From contig QZKE01000079.1 in the NCBI GenBank assembly GCA_003598015.1, positions 9,468-73,467 of the forward strand: DNA of 64,000 nucleotides, given 5' to 3'. Below the pieces are notes generated by a model that was not told where the DNA came from, did not search any database, and saw nothing but the letters and a program-made list of their open reading frames with translations. Below are positions 1-8,796 of this stretch, in pieces. Position 1 is the stretch's first letter, and every line of letters starts with the position of its first letter. This DNA comes from Actinomycetota bacterium (lineage in GTDB: Bacteria; Actinomycetota; Geothermincolia; Geothermincolales; RBG-13-55-18). A program made the translations under genes and the position numbers.

Positions 1-862
1 CGCACTCCTGCGCCGCGCCGCGCAGGGCGCGGTGTAAGGCGAGACGCAAGTCGTGCCGGAGCATGTATCCGCTGGAGGTGTAGGAGCGGTCATAAACATA
101 TTCTCTGCCCAGGCCGGCCTCCTCGCGTTTCGAGATGCCCAGCACCGTCTCGCTGAGGGCGTTTCGGGTAGCCGCGGTAAAGCGCCCCGTGGAGCACACC
201 ACGTGTCCCGCTCCCGCCGCTGCGAACTCAGCGAGGACCTCCACGGCCTTCTCTATCCAGACCTCCCCGTACAGGGCGCGCCACAGGGGAGGGATCACCG
301 GGTCCAGGCGTACCTGGACGGGCAGTCCCAGCGAGGCCGCCCAGCGCAGGGCTTCGAGCCGGCTCTCGTAGGCGGGGGCCTGGGGCGAGAGCACGGCCAG
401 GACATCGGGTGGACCCTCGATGGTCACGGCCAGGAAGAAACGTCCGGTGCCGGGAAACCCCATTGCTTGCGCGAGGAACGAGGGGTCGCCCTTGGTGATG
501 ACATGGAAACTGACCCCCCAATCGATCAGCACCTCCACCAGCCCCTTGACTGCTCCCCGCAGTTCGGGAAGGTCCTGGCAGGGGTCGGTCGCGTTGGAGA
601 TGGAAACCGGCGGGCATAACTCCAGGCCCGTCAGCTCCTTTTCGACAAGCGCGGGCAGGTTGGAATAGACGACCGCGCCATCCTCGGCACCGCGGGAATA
701 GACCGCGTCCCTGGCGTAGCAATAGAGGCAGTTGTGGCGGCAGTTCTCCCTGCCCGGGGGGGTGACGTTTATGATCCACTTGTGGTAGCACTTGCGTCTT
801 TCGCCCCGGTAGGGGAAATCATGCAGGGTAGGGGAACGGCGTTCGCGTAGGATCACATTCAT
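1..862 (-). CDS. radical SAM protein (SplB / DNA-photolyase-like group), C-terminus runs off the window
   Basis: Absent from the ORF track because no stop lies inside the window. My translation from the ATG at 862-860 gives MNVILRERRSPTLHDFPYRGERRKCYHKWIINVTPPGRENCRHNCLYCYARDAV..., with the CxxxCxxC radical-SAM motif (CRHNCLYC). The frame stays open to position 1. Listed ORFs 53..619(+) and 228..791(-) are shadow frames of this gene. Confidence 0.7.
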   Translation of the reverse strand, partial: MNVILRERRSPTLHDFPYRGERRKCYHKWIINVTPPGRENCRHNCLYCYARDAVYSRGAEDGAVVYSNLPALVEKELTGLELCPPVSISNATDPCQDLPELRGAVKGLVEVLIDWGVSFHVITKGDPSFLAQAMGFPGTGRFFLAVTIEGPPDVLAVLSPQAPAYESRLEALRWAASLGLPVQVRLDPVIPPLWRALYGEVWIEKAVEVLAEFAAAGAGHVVCSTGRFTAATRNALSETVLGISKREEAGLGREYVYDRSYTSSGYMLRHDLRLALHRALRGAAQEC

Positions 863-1249
863 GCCTATATGATAACCCCGTCCGTACACAGGCATAGCAG
901 AGTTGATTGACGGTTTTCGAGATGGGTATCTAGTGTAGATGCTCGCGGCAGGTGACATCCCGAAGGGGAGGACATCCCTGCAAAGGCGTCTATCAGCTGT
1001 TTCTTAAAGGTCCGGACTGACATCGTGTTGCGCTCAAGAGGACGGGAAACCTATAATAAATAGTGGAACATAAGTCATATATTTAAGAGGTCGCAGCAAT
1101 GAACGCAGCAATTCCCCCGATGAATCCTCGAATCCCAATCCATGAAGAACACCGGGGCACCTGGCCCCTTTACATACAGAATAGAGAATATCTCTTGAGC
1201 CGCGGCGCCTGACGACGGCGCCCCAGATAGCTCTAAAGGAGGGGAAGTT

Positions 1250-2440
1250 ATGGCCAGGGAATTACAGGAAGTCTACGTTGTCGACGGTTGCCGCACCGCC
1301 TTCGGCAAAGCCAGGCCGAACGGCGCTTTTGCCCAGACGCGGGCGGACGATATGGTAGTCAAAATCATCCGTTCCCTACTGGACCGCAATCCGGGCGTTC
1401 CCAGGGACAAGATCGATGACAACATCTGGGCCGCGTCCACGCAATGGGGCGATCAAGGCCTTACCATAGGCCGCACCACCGCCATCCTCTCGGGCCTCCC
1501 GGTGACCACGCCGGGATGCGCAGTGGACCGCATGTGCGCTGGAGGTGCGACCTCAACCTGTTTCGGCGCATCGGAGATACAGGTGGGCGCCGCCGACCTC
1601 ATCGTCGCTGGCGGAGTGGAACACATGGGCAACCATCCCATGGGACAGGGCGCCGACCCCAATCCCCGCTTCCTGGCGGAAAAACTGGTGGATCAGAGCG
1701 CACTGAACATGGGCATGACCGCCGAGAACCTGCATGACATGTACCCGGATATTACCCAGGCGCAGTGCGACGAATATTCCATTATCAGCCAGCAGAAGGC
1801 CAAAAAAGCCCTGGACGAGGGGAAGTTCGGCAACGTCATCGTGCCCATGACGGTGTGGAGCGGAAACGGCTGGAGCGTGGCCGATAAGGACGAACAACCG
1901 AGGCCCGAAGCCACCCTCGAGAGCATGAAGGACCTGCGTTATCCCTTCCGTGTCAAGGGAAGGGTAACGCCGGGCAACTCCTCGGGTCTCAACGATGGCG
2001 CGGCCGGCGTGCTGCTGGCCTCGGAAAAGGCGGTCAAGGAGTACGGCCTCGAGCCCAAGATGCGCCTGGTGCAGTACGCCTTTGCGGCGGTGAAACCCGA
2101 GATCATGGGGCTGGGCCCCGTACCCGCCACCCAGAAGGTACTGGAGAGGGCGGGCATGAAGTTCGAGGACCTGGATGTCATCGAGCTCAACGAGGCTTTT
2201 GCCGTACAGGCCATAGTGTTCATGCAGGAATTCGGCATGAAGCTGCTGGACGACCCCAAGCTCAATCCCTGGGGAGGGGCTATCGCTTTCGGGCATCCCC
2301 TGGCCTCATCCGGATGCCGACTGGTAGCGCAACTGGCTTACTACTTCGCAGAGCATCCCGAAGCCAAGTATGGGTTGGCCACCATGTGTGTTGGACTGGG
2401 ACAGGGAGCCGCCATGATCTTCGAGAACGTCCAGAACTAG
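1250..2440 (+). CDS. fadA: acetyl-CoA C-acyltransferase (thiolase)
   Basis: 396 aa. Thiolase hallmarks read directly: nucleophile Cys in AVDRMCAGG, and C-terminal GHPLASSGCRL and MCVGLGQG. An AAGGAGG RBS lies just upstream of the ATG. Confidence 0.9.
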   Translation: MARELQEVYVVDGCRTAFGKARPNGAFAQTRADDMVVKIIRSLLDRNPGVPRDKIDDNIWAASTQWGDQGLTIGRTTAILSGLPVTTPGCAVDRMCAGGATSTCFGASEIQVGAADLIVAGGVEHMGNHPMGQGADPNPRFLAEKLVDQSALNMGMTAENLHDMYPDITQAQCDEYSIISQQKAKKALDEGKFGNVIVPMTVWSGNGWSVADKDEQPRPEATLESMKDLRYPFRVKGRVTPGNSSGLNDGAAGVLLASEKAVKEYGLEPKMRLVQYAFAAVKPEIMGLGPVPATQKVLERAGMKFEDLDVIELNEAFAVQAIVFMQEFGMKLLDDPKLNPWGGAIAFGHPLASSGCRLVAQLAYYFAEHPEAKYGLATMCVGLGQGAAMIFENVQN

Positions 2441-2467
2441 AGAGCGGAAGACGGAAAGGAGGTAGAG

Positions 2468-4510
2468 ATGTCCGAGGAGCTAGTGACACAGTTTAAAGAT
2501 ACGTATTACGACTCTCCGGCCGGGAAGATAGCCATAGTCACCATGGACAACGGCGAGGATTACCGCAAGCCCAACAGCTTCGGCCTGGGCGGCATGGCCA
2601 GCCTGAACGAATGCCTCGATCGCGTCGTGGCGGAGCCAGGCGTCAAGGCCTTGATCCTCACCGGCAAGCCCTTCATCTTCGGGGCGGGCGCCGATCTCAC
2701 CCAGGTGCCCCTCATCAAGACCAGGGAACAAGCCCTGGAGATCGCGCAGACGGGCCACGCGGCCTTCAAGCGCATCATCGACCTGCCCTTTCTCACCGTA
2801 GCCGCCGTCAACGGCGTCGCACTGGGAGGCGGGCTCGAAATCGCGCTGGTGTGCGATTACCGCACCATCTCCCCCGGTGCCGCGGCCGTGGGCTTCCCCG
2901 AGTGCTTCCTGGGGCTCATCCCGGGATGGGGCGGGACCACCCTGCTGCCCAAGCTCATCGGCCCCGAGAAGGCGCTGGAGATCATCGTCCACAACGCCCT
3001 CAACAACAACCGCATGTTAGGCGGCAAGAAGGCGTTCGAGATGGGCATCGCCGACCGCTTCTTCGAGCCCGTCGATTTCCTGGATAAGACCATCGCGTTC
3101 ACGGTGGGACTGCTGCAGGGCACGGAGAAGGTGGAGAGGCCGGAGCCCGACTGGTCCAACCTGGACGCCCTGGTCGCACAGGCCCGGGCCGTGGCCGACT
3201 CCAAGGTGCACGGCAACTCCAAGGCACCCTACATGGCCATTGACAACATCGTCGCGGCCAGGGATAACACGGTGGATGAGGGATTCGCCCTGGAGGACGA
3301 GGCCCTGGCCACCCTCATCCCCTCGCCCCCCATGCAGGCGGGCGCCTACGCCTTCGACCTCACCCAGCGACGGGCCAAGAAACCCGTGGGTGTGCCGGAG
3401 GGCGCTCCCCTGCCGGTGAAGAAGGTGGGCATCCTGGGCGCGGGACTCATGGGCAGCCAGCTGGCGGTGCTCTTCCTGCGCCGCATGAAGGTCCCCGTGG
3501 TCATCAAGGACATCAAGCAGGAGTTCGTGGACAAGGGCATGGGCTATATCGAGCAGGAGATCAACCGCCAGGCCGAGAAGGGCCGTATCGACAAGGGCCA
3601 GGTGCCATGGCTGATGGGCCTGGTGGAGCCGACGCTGGACTACGCCGACATGGCCGAATGCGACTTCATCATCGAGGCCGTGCTGGAGGAAATGCCCATC
3701 AAGAAGAAGGTCTACGGCGAGCTCGAGGAATTCGTCTCGGAGACCGCCATCCTGGCCACCAATACCTCCTCCCTGTCGGTGACGGAGATGGCCTCCGACC
3801 TCAAACACCCCGAGCGCGTGGTGGGCTTCCACTTCTTCAACCCGGTGGCGGCCATGCCTCTGCTGGAGATCATCAAGGCGGAGAAGACCAACGACCCTAC
3901 CCTCATCACCGCCTTCGATATCGGCAAGAAGCTGGGGAAGCGCTGCGTGCTGTGCAAAGACGCACCCGCTTTCATCGTCAACCGCCTGCTGCTGCGCTCC
4001 ACGGCGGAGACGTTGAAACTGGTGGACGAGGGCAACGACTTCAAGGACGTGGACGAGGCGCTGTGGGCGCTGGGTACACCCATGCCCCCCTTCACCCTCC
4101 TGGCCCTGGTGGGACCGGCCATCGCCCTGCATACCGGTGAGACCCTGGTCGAGGCTTTCCCGGACCGCTATACCATCAGCGATAACTTCAAGGAACTGGT
4201 GGCGCGCAAGAAACCCGGTGTCTATGGACCCGACGGCGAAGTCGACCCCGAGGTGCGCGAGCTCTGGAAACAGGACGATCCGCCCAAGAAGATCAGCGCC
4301 CAGGAGATGCGCGACCGCGTCAGCGAAGCCCTGGCCGACGAGTGCTGGCGGATGCTCGACGACGGAGTGGTGGGCGCCCCGGAGGAGATCGACATCTGCA
4401 TGATCTTCGGCGCTGGCTACCCCTTCTACATGGGCGGCTTGACCCGCTACCTCGACTACGCCGGATACTCCGAGAAAATCAAGGGGAAGAAGTTCCACCC
4501 CGACGCCTGA
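2468..4510 (+). CDS. fadB: bifunctional enoyl-CoA hydratase / 3-hydroxyacyl-CoA dehydrogenase
   Basis: 680 aa. N-terminal crotonase fold (AAVNGVALGGGLEIALVCDYR) and a central NAD Rossmann motif (VGILGAGLMGSQLA). It starts 27 nt after the thiolase stop, so the two are probably co-transcribed. Confidence 0.9.
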   Translation: MSEELVTQFKDTYYDSPAGKIAIVTMDNGEDYRKPNSFGLGGMASLNECLDRVVAEPGVKALILTGKPFIFGAGADLTQVPLIKTREQALEIAQTGHAAFKRIIDLPFLTVAAVNGVALGGGLEIALVCDYRTISPGAAAVGFPECFLGLIPGWGGTTLLPKLIGPEKALEIIVHNALNNNRMLGGKKAFEMGIADRFFEPVDFLDKTIAFTVGLLQGTEKVERPEPDWSNLDALVAQARAVADSKVHGNSKAPYMAIDNIVAARDNTVDEGFALEDEALATLIPSPPMQAGAYAFDLTQRRAKKPVGVPEGAPLPVKKVGILGAGLMGSQLAVLFLRRMKVPVVIKDIKQEFVDKGMGYIEQEINRQAEKGRIDKGQVPWLMGLVEPTLDYADMAECDFIIEAVLEEMPIKKKVYGELEEFVSETAILATNTSSLSVTEMASDLKHPERVVGFHFFNPVAAMPLLEIIKAEKTNDPTLITAFDIGKKLGKRCVLCKDAPAFIVNRLLLRSTAETLKLVDEGNDFKDVDEALWALGTPMPPFTLLALVGPAIALHTGETLVEAFPDRYTISDNFKELVARKKPGVYGPDGEVDPEVRELWKQDDPPKKISAQEMRDRVSEALADECWRMLDDGVVGAPEEIDICMIFGAGYPFYMGGLTRYLDYAGYSEKIKGKKFHPDA

Positions 4511-4526
4511 AAACGACCGTATCTGC

Positions 4527-4555
4527 GAGGCGGCTCCCGTAACGGAAGCCGCCTC
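4527..4555. terminator. GC-rich hairpin between convergent genes (bidirectional terminator candidate)
   Basis: GAGGCGGCT (4527-4535) pairs perfectly with AGCCGCCTC (4547-4555) around an 11-nt loop. It sits between the fadB stop (4510) and the stop of the minus-strand lipoprotein gene (4574). The U-tract is weak. Confidence 0.55.
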
Positions 4556-4573
4556 TTCAATCTATGCTCAGTT

Positions 4574-5215
4574 CTATTCGCCCGACATGGCCTCCATGGA
4601 CTGTAACATCGCATCTCTTTCGGCCTGGAACTTGTTGTACCAGTCCTCTATCTCCTGTTCGCCCTCCAGGCCGTTGGTCTGCGCATAATCGAGGAGCTGC
4701 GCGCAGGACGCGATAATATCGTCTATTCCCTCGAGATACACACCCATAACATCCACTGCGATGACGAATATCTGGGATCGTTCCTCCACGCTCTGCTCGG
4801 GGGCTTTTCCGAGTTCTTCCGCGTAGGCCGAATTGCCCTCGTCCATGGTCTCTATTCCCGAGGCAAGCGTGTCCACGATCTCTTGCGCGGCTTCGTCGGG
4901 TTTATCCAGCTCCCGCAGTTTCTGCAGCGACAATGCGTCCTTTTCGTTGCTCTTGACGAAGGATTCCGCGGCACCGGCCGCGCTTTCCAGGTCGGTGAAG
5001 CCGGACTGGTAATAAGCCTGGAAGGCAACCTGGCCTTCTTGCACGATCTCCGTATTGGACTGGTTCTCCTCGATTATGGAGAGTACGCTGTCCACGAAAT
5101 CCTGTTTCGACTGGTCGCTGCCGCAACCCTGCAATCCGGCTGTGGCTGCCACCAGGCTGACGGCCATCACCGCCATGAGGATAACGCTGAACCACCTCTT
5201 GCTCGCGGCACTCAT
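4574..5215 (-). CDS. hypothetical lipoprotein
   Basis: From the internal ATG (GGAGG about 5 nt upstream) the product begins MSAASKRWFSVILMAVMAVSLVAATAGLQGCGSDQ, a signal peptide plus lipobox Cys. The rest is acidic with no domain I recognise. The 36 extra N-terminal codons of the listed ORF (to 5323) lack an RBS. Confidence 0.7.
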   Translation of the reverse strand: MSAASKRWFSVILMAVMAVSLVAATAGLQGCGSDQSKQDFVDSVLSIIEENQSNTEIVQEGQVAFQAYYQSGFTDLESAAGAAESFVKSNEKDALSLQKLRELDKPDEAAQEIVDTLASGIETMDEGNSAYAEELGKAPEQSVEERSQIFVIAVDVMGVYLEGIDDIIASCAQLLDYAQTNGLEGEQEIEDWYNKFQAERDAMLQSMEAMSGE

Positions 5216-5463
5216 GACTACCTCCCTCTCCTTCAAGTGGTAACCGCCGGGCGTGGTCGCCCGTATACCACACAAAGGCCTCGCTTCACACCTTATGATC
5301 GACGTATCCATTCCGGGTACCATTATTCTACCACCAGGAGTGCCACACCTTGTTCCGGCGGGTAATCGGTCGGGCCTTTCCGGGTGCGGCGTGCTTCGAT
5401 CCTGTTAGGAATGGCGCGCAGGTATGCGGTAGAATATCAATCGTAGCAGCGAAAGGAGCAGCT

Positions 5464-6420
5464 TTGCTTCCAGAGGGAATCTACCTGCATAAAGACAATG
5501 AAACGATTTGGCCGGCATCGGCCAACGTACTCCTCATCAAGGACCCCGACGGCGCTTACCTGGTGGACGTTGGATGCGGCCACGAGGACACCTACGTCCG
5601 CCTCAAGGAGTTCATCGCCGGGCTGGGCCTCTCCATAACGGATATACACACCGTAGTGCTCACCCACGCCCACCCCGACCACATGGGTGCCATGCGCCAT
5701 CTGCTGGAGGAGATCTCGCCCCGCATCTTCCTTCACCCCGTCGAGATACCGCTGGCCGCGGAACCCTCCAGGCTTGACCGTACTTTCGATATCGATCTGG
5801 CTTTGCACTACGGCATCAATCCGTTCAATCTGGAAAGAGCTGACGTCAATGAATACCTATCACTCGATAAGTCCTGCCCCATGGCCAGGGCTGACGCAAC
5901 CCATACCATCGATCCCGCGGGGGAGCTGGAGCTGGGAAGGTTCACCTTCCAGGTGGTCGTGACTCCGGGACACGCCAACGGCCTGGTCAACCTCTTCGAG
6001 CCCGAGAGCGGCATGCTCTTCACCGCGGACGCCGTTGGGGACGTGGTGGCCTGGTATTCTCCCTCCAGCGGCGGACTCACCGGCTTCCTGGAGGGACTGG
6101 ATAAGATCGCCGGGCTGCCCGCCTCTTTTATCGTCCCCTCTCACGGCGACATGAGCGGCGTTCCCGGGGAGAAGATCGAGAAAACCAGGGCCCGGCTATT
6201 CCGCCGTGAGGAGAGGATTATAAAGGAGCTGTCCGGCGCGCCCGTTTCCTTTCCCGAGCTCTTGACGCGGGTGTTCAAAAACCCCTGGATCACTTTCTTC
6301 CCCGGCTCCCAGATCCTCCAATGCCACCTGGACAAGCTGGAGGCGGAAGGCAGGGTGAGATGCCACGGGGAGGAGGACGCATGGAGCGTCGAGTTGCTGC
6401 AGGGGAGGAATCGGATCTGA
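5464..6420 (+). CDS. MBL-fold metallo-hydrolase
   Basis: HxHxDH motif (THAHPDHMG) and downstream TPGHANG and PSHGD metal ligands. I prefer the in-frame TTG at 5464, 5 nt after GAAAGGAG, over the listed TTG at 5350, which has no RBS. Confidence 0.8.
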   Translation: MLPEGIYLHKDNETIWPASANVLLIKDPDGAYLVDVGCGHEDTYVRLKEFIAGLGLSITDIHTVVLTHAHPDHMGAMRHLLEEISPRIFLHPVEIPLAAEPSRLDRTFDIDLALHYGINPFNLERADVNEYLSLDKSCPMARADATHTIDPAGELELGRFTFQVVVTPGHANGLVNLFEPESGMLFTADAVGDVVAWYSPSSGGLTGFLEGLDKIAGLPASFIVPSHGDMSGVPGEKIEKTRARLFRREERIIKELSGAPVSFPELLTRVFKNPWITFFPGSQILQCHLDKLEAEGRVRCHGEEDAWSVELLQGRNRI

Positions 6421-6537
6421 TCAGGGGAATAATGGAGTGGAGAAGCGGGTGATGCCCCGTTTGATTGCGGCAGCAGGATCCGGAGCGAAGCTTCCGGGAG
6501 GCAGTATTTCGCCGCAACGGAATATGGATGGTTCAGA

Positions 6538-6809
6538 GTCCTATAGGGGGTGAGGGGATTGAGCGCATGCCCGCAATGCGGCCAGGAGAACAGAGGCGAG
6601 GCTAGATTCTGCGTGAAGTGCGGCGCTTCACTGGGAGCGCCGTCCCAAGCGGTGGCACAACCGCCCGCCGCGGCCGCGCCTCCCCCCGCGCAGCAGCCCG
6701 CGCGGTGGCGGCATGGCCGCATCCGGCTGAAAGCGGCGGTGGTTTGGCGAGAAAGCGCCGGGGATGTTAGGATAGCTTAAGCGTATCCGGTTGATGATTA
6801 CGCAGCGAT
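6538..6809 (+). repeat. 272-bp internally deleted tandem copy of the following zinc-ribbon gene unit
   Basis: 6538 to about 6706 is near-identical to 6810 to about 6978 (RBS, start, zinc-ribbon codons, start of the Pro/Ala linker). 6738-6809 matches the 3' flank at 7566-7640 (GGTTTGGCGAG.AAGCGCCGGGGATGTTAGGATA.CTTA..CGTATCCG). The roughly 560 bp encoding the membrane domain is missing from copy 1. Confidence 0.85.
6550..6780 (+). pseudogene. truncated paralog of the zinc-ribbon membrane protein (zinc-ribbon only, 76 aa)
   Basis: MRGLSACPQCGQENRGEARFCVKCGASLGAPSQAVAQPPAAAAPPPAQ is identical, apart from 3 residues, to the N-terminus of the next gene. It then diverges into an Arg-rich out-of-context tail. 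It could still be expressed as a small zinc-ribbon peptide. Confidence 0.5.
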
Positions 6810-6821
6810 GTCCTATAGGGG

Positions 6822-7559
6822 GTGAGGGGATTGAGCACATGCCCGCAATGCGGCCAGGAGAACAAAGACGAGGCTAGATTCTGCGTGAAGTGCGGCGCTT
6901 CACTGGGGGCGCCGTCCCAAGCGGTGGCACAACCGCCCGCCGCGGCCGCGCCTCCCCCCGCGCAGCCTCCCTACCAGCAGCCCGCGCAGTACGCGCAACC
7001 GGTGCCGCCACCCGCCACCTACGCGCAGCAACAGTATGCTGCACCCCCGGCTGCGCCCTATCCGGCGGCCTACGCCCAGGCACCGGCCTATGCCGGCAAG
7101 ACCAGGGGGGGCATGTTCTGGATCGGGGCCCTTATCTTGCTCGTAGCCGGGGTGCTGATACTTGTGAGCACGTGGATGGCCTGGGGAAGCGGACCGGGAG
7201 GTTTTATGTCTCTGTCCGGTTGGGACTGGTTCGACATCGGTAAGGCGGGAGGTGGCGGGTCCGGAGAGGTGGTGAACGCATTCTTTGTCTACTCAGACGG
7301 CTATCCCATCTTCACCGGTATCTGTACGCTCATCCTCGGAGGGCTTATCGTGCTGATAGCGGCGCTCATGCTTATATTCCGCAGTAAAGGATTGGGGGGT
7401 ATAGCCATCCTCTTCGCCATCTTCGCCCTGGGCATGGCCATTACCAACATGACGACCATCCTGCGCATCGAGGGCATATCCATGGGGGTGGGTATGTACA
7501 TCTTCCTCATCTTCTCCGTTGCGGGCCTGGTGGGGGGCGGAATGTCCATGTCGGGGTGA
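6822..7559 (+). CDS. zinc-ribbon domain membrane protein
   Basis: 245 aa. N-terminal CPQCG...FCVKCG zinc ribbon, a Pro/Ala/Gln/Tyr-rich linker, and a C-terminal block of about 5 hydrophobic helices. The start may be the TTG at 6831. Confidence 0.75.
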   Translation: MRGLSTCPQCGQENKDEARFCVKCGASLGAPSQAVAQPPAAAAPPPAQPPYQQPAQYAQPVPPPATYAQQQYAAPPAAPYPAAYAQAPAYAGKTRGGMFWIGALILLVAGVLILVSTWMAWGSGPGGFMSLSGWDWFDIGKAGGGGSGEVVNAFFVYSDGYPIFTGICTLILGGLIVLIAALMLIFRSKGLGGIAILFAIFALGMAITNMTTILRIEGISMGVGMYIFLIFSVAGLVGGGMSMSG

Positions 7560-7623
7560 CGCTCCGGCGGTTTGGCGAGCAAGCGCCGGGGATGTTAGGA
7601 TACCTTAGACGTATCCGTGTTCG

Positions 7624-8751
7624 ATGACCACACAGGTGAATATGGTCCCGGGAAGCGGCGGGGCCGGCCGTCAGCGATCATGGCTTCATTATATCTTTTA
7701 TGTATCCGCCGGCCTGGCCCTGGTAGCAATGGTTTTCTCCTGCGGCGTGGATGAAGGCGCCCTCTATTTTATATTGCCTCTCCCACTCCTCGGAATAGCC
7801 GTGCTCACCAACGTGGAGGCGGGCAAGAACCGCTTCGGCCGCTACAAGCAATACGGGATTCCGGATATCGTGGGCTCCGACGGCCTGGTCGTGGAGACGG
7901 AGACCATGGAGGAGATAGACGGGGCCATCGAGCGTATCCTGTCCCACGGGGAACGGCTCGTCTGTCTCAACGGTGGCGACGGCACCGTACAGAGGGCCAT
8001 TACCCATATGGTCAACAAGTACGGGGAGGGCGCGGAGGACATCCCCGTACTCTTTCCCCTGCGGGGCGGGACCATGAACCTCCTGGCCGATCACCTGAAG
8101 ATAAAAGGGAAGACACCCGAGCTGTTGCGGACGGCAGTGGAAGTAGAGCATCGTTCGCAGGATATACCGTACGTCGAGATCCCCACCTTGAGGATTGTGA
8201 GGGAGACGGGAGGGGTTACCGAGAAAGAATACGGGTTCTTTTACGGCAACGGAGCCCTGTACCGGTTTCATCGCGTGTATTATCGCGAGACCAAGGGCGG
8301 CCCCATCGCCGCCGCGGGCCTCTTCGCGAAGTGCGTTTTCGGGGGAGCCACCAAACGCACCCACTACAAGGATGTCTTCGGGCTGACGCCGGCGCGGGTG
8401 TTCATCGATGACTTCGAGATGCCGGGTGACCGCTTCACCGTCGTCCTGGCGGTTATGTTCCAGGTGGTGGTGATCAGCTTCGACGCCTTCCGGGATGATG
8501 GTGAGGGAGACTTCTACGTCATCGCCACCAACGTCCCCATCTTCAAGATGGCCAGGAAGATGCCCAGGCTGCTGTGGGGAAGGGGGGCGGACCCCCCTTA
8601 CCCCAGGGAGCAGTTCTTCAACCAGAGGGCCTCTCGTATCCGCATGGAGTGCCGCGAGGGATACAGCCTGGACGGGGAGGTCTTCGAACTCGAGGAGCCA
8701 TATAACCTGACCATTGAAAAAGGCCCGAAGATCAAAATCCTGAAGCCGTGA
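7624..8751 (+). CDS. diacylglycerol-kinase-family lipid kinase with N-terminal membrane anchor
   Basis: 375 aa. Two N-terminal hydrophobic helices, then the DAGK catalytic signature LVCLNGGDGTVQRA and RGGTMNLLA. Confidence 0.7.
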   Translation: MTTQVNMVPGSGGAGRQRSWLHYIFYVSAGLALVAMVFSCGVDEGALYFILPLPLLGIAVLTNVEAGKNRFGRYKQYGIPDIVGSDGLVVETETMEEIDGAIERILSHGERLVCLNGGDGTVQRAITHMVNKYGEGAEDIPVLFPLRGGTMNLLADHLKIKGKTPELLRTAVEVEHRSQDIPYVEIPTLRIVRETGGVTEKEYGFFYGNGALYRFHRVYYRETKGGPIAAAGLFAKCVFGGATKRTHYKDVFGLTPARVFIDDFEMPGDRFTVVLAVMFQVVVISFDAFRDDGEGDFYVIATNVPIFKMARKMPRLLWGRGADPPYPREQFFNQRASRIRMECREGYSLDGEVFELEEPYNLTIEKGPKIKILKP

Positions 8752-8796
8752 GGCTGCATTCAAGCCGGAGCGTCAGACCCGGGGATCAAGCCCGGG

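Noticed and set aside
1028-1057. Sigma-70-like promoter TTGCGC-N18-TATAAT about 190 nt upstream of fadA, plus a GGCGCC-N7-GGCGCC hairpin in the leader.
   Set aside because: The match is plausible, but the promoter consensus of this lineage is unknown. It rests on a single match in an AT-richer spacer, which is too weak to list as a feature.
3017-4498. 493-aa antisense ORF inside fadB. Similar long antisense ORFs occur at 1553..2296, 7678..8763, 8959..10227, 11250..12035, 15829..17235, 19707..20990, 25910..27043, 40093..41703, 47010..48290, 50095..51174, 51338..52858, 55933..57216 and 61505..62671.
   Set aside because: Each is antisense to a gene with clear family motifs. Their translations are dominated by G/R/A/P/H/V/L with no recognisable domains. 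Stop-codon depletion on the opposite strand of high-GC genes explains their length.
6550-6780. Treating the 76-aa zinc-ribbon ORF as an ordinary independent gene.
   Set aside because: Its 3' half is created by the deletion junction, and the tail reads in a different frame of the flank. I list it as a probable pseudogene or truncated paralog instead.
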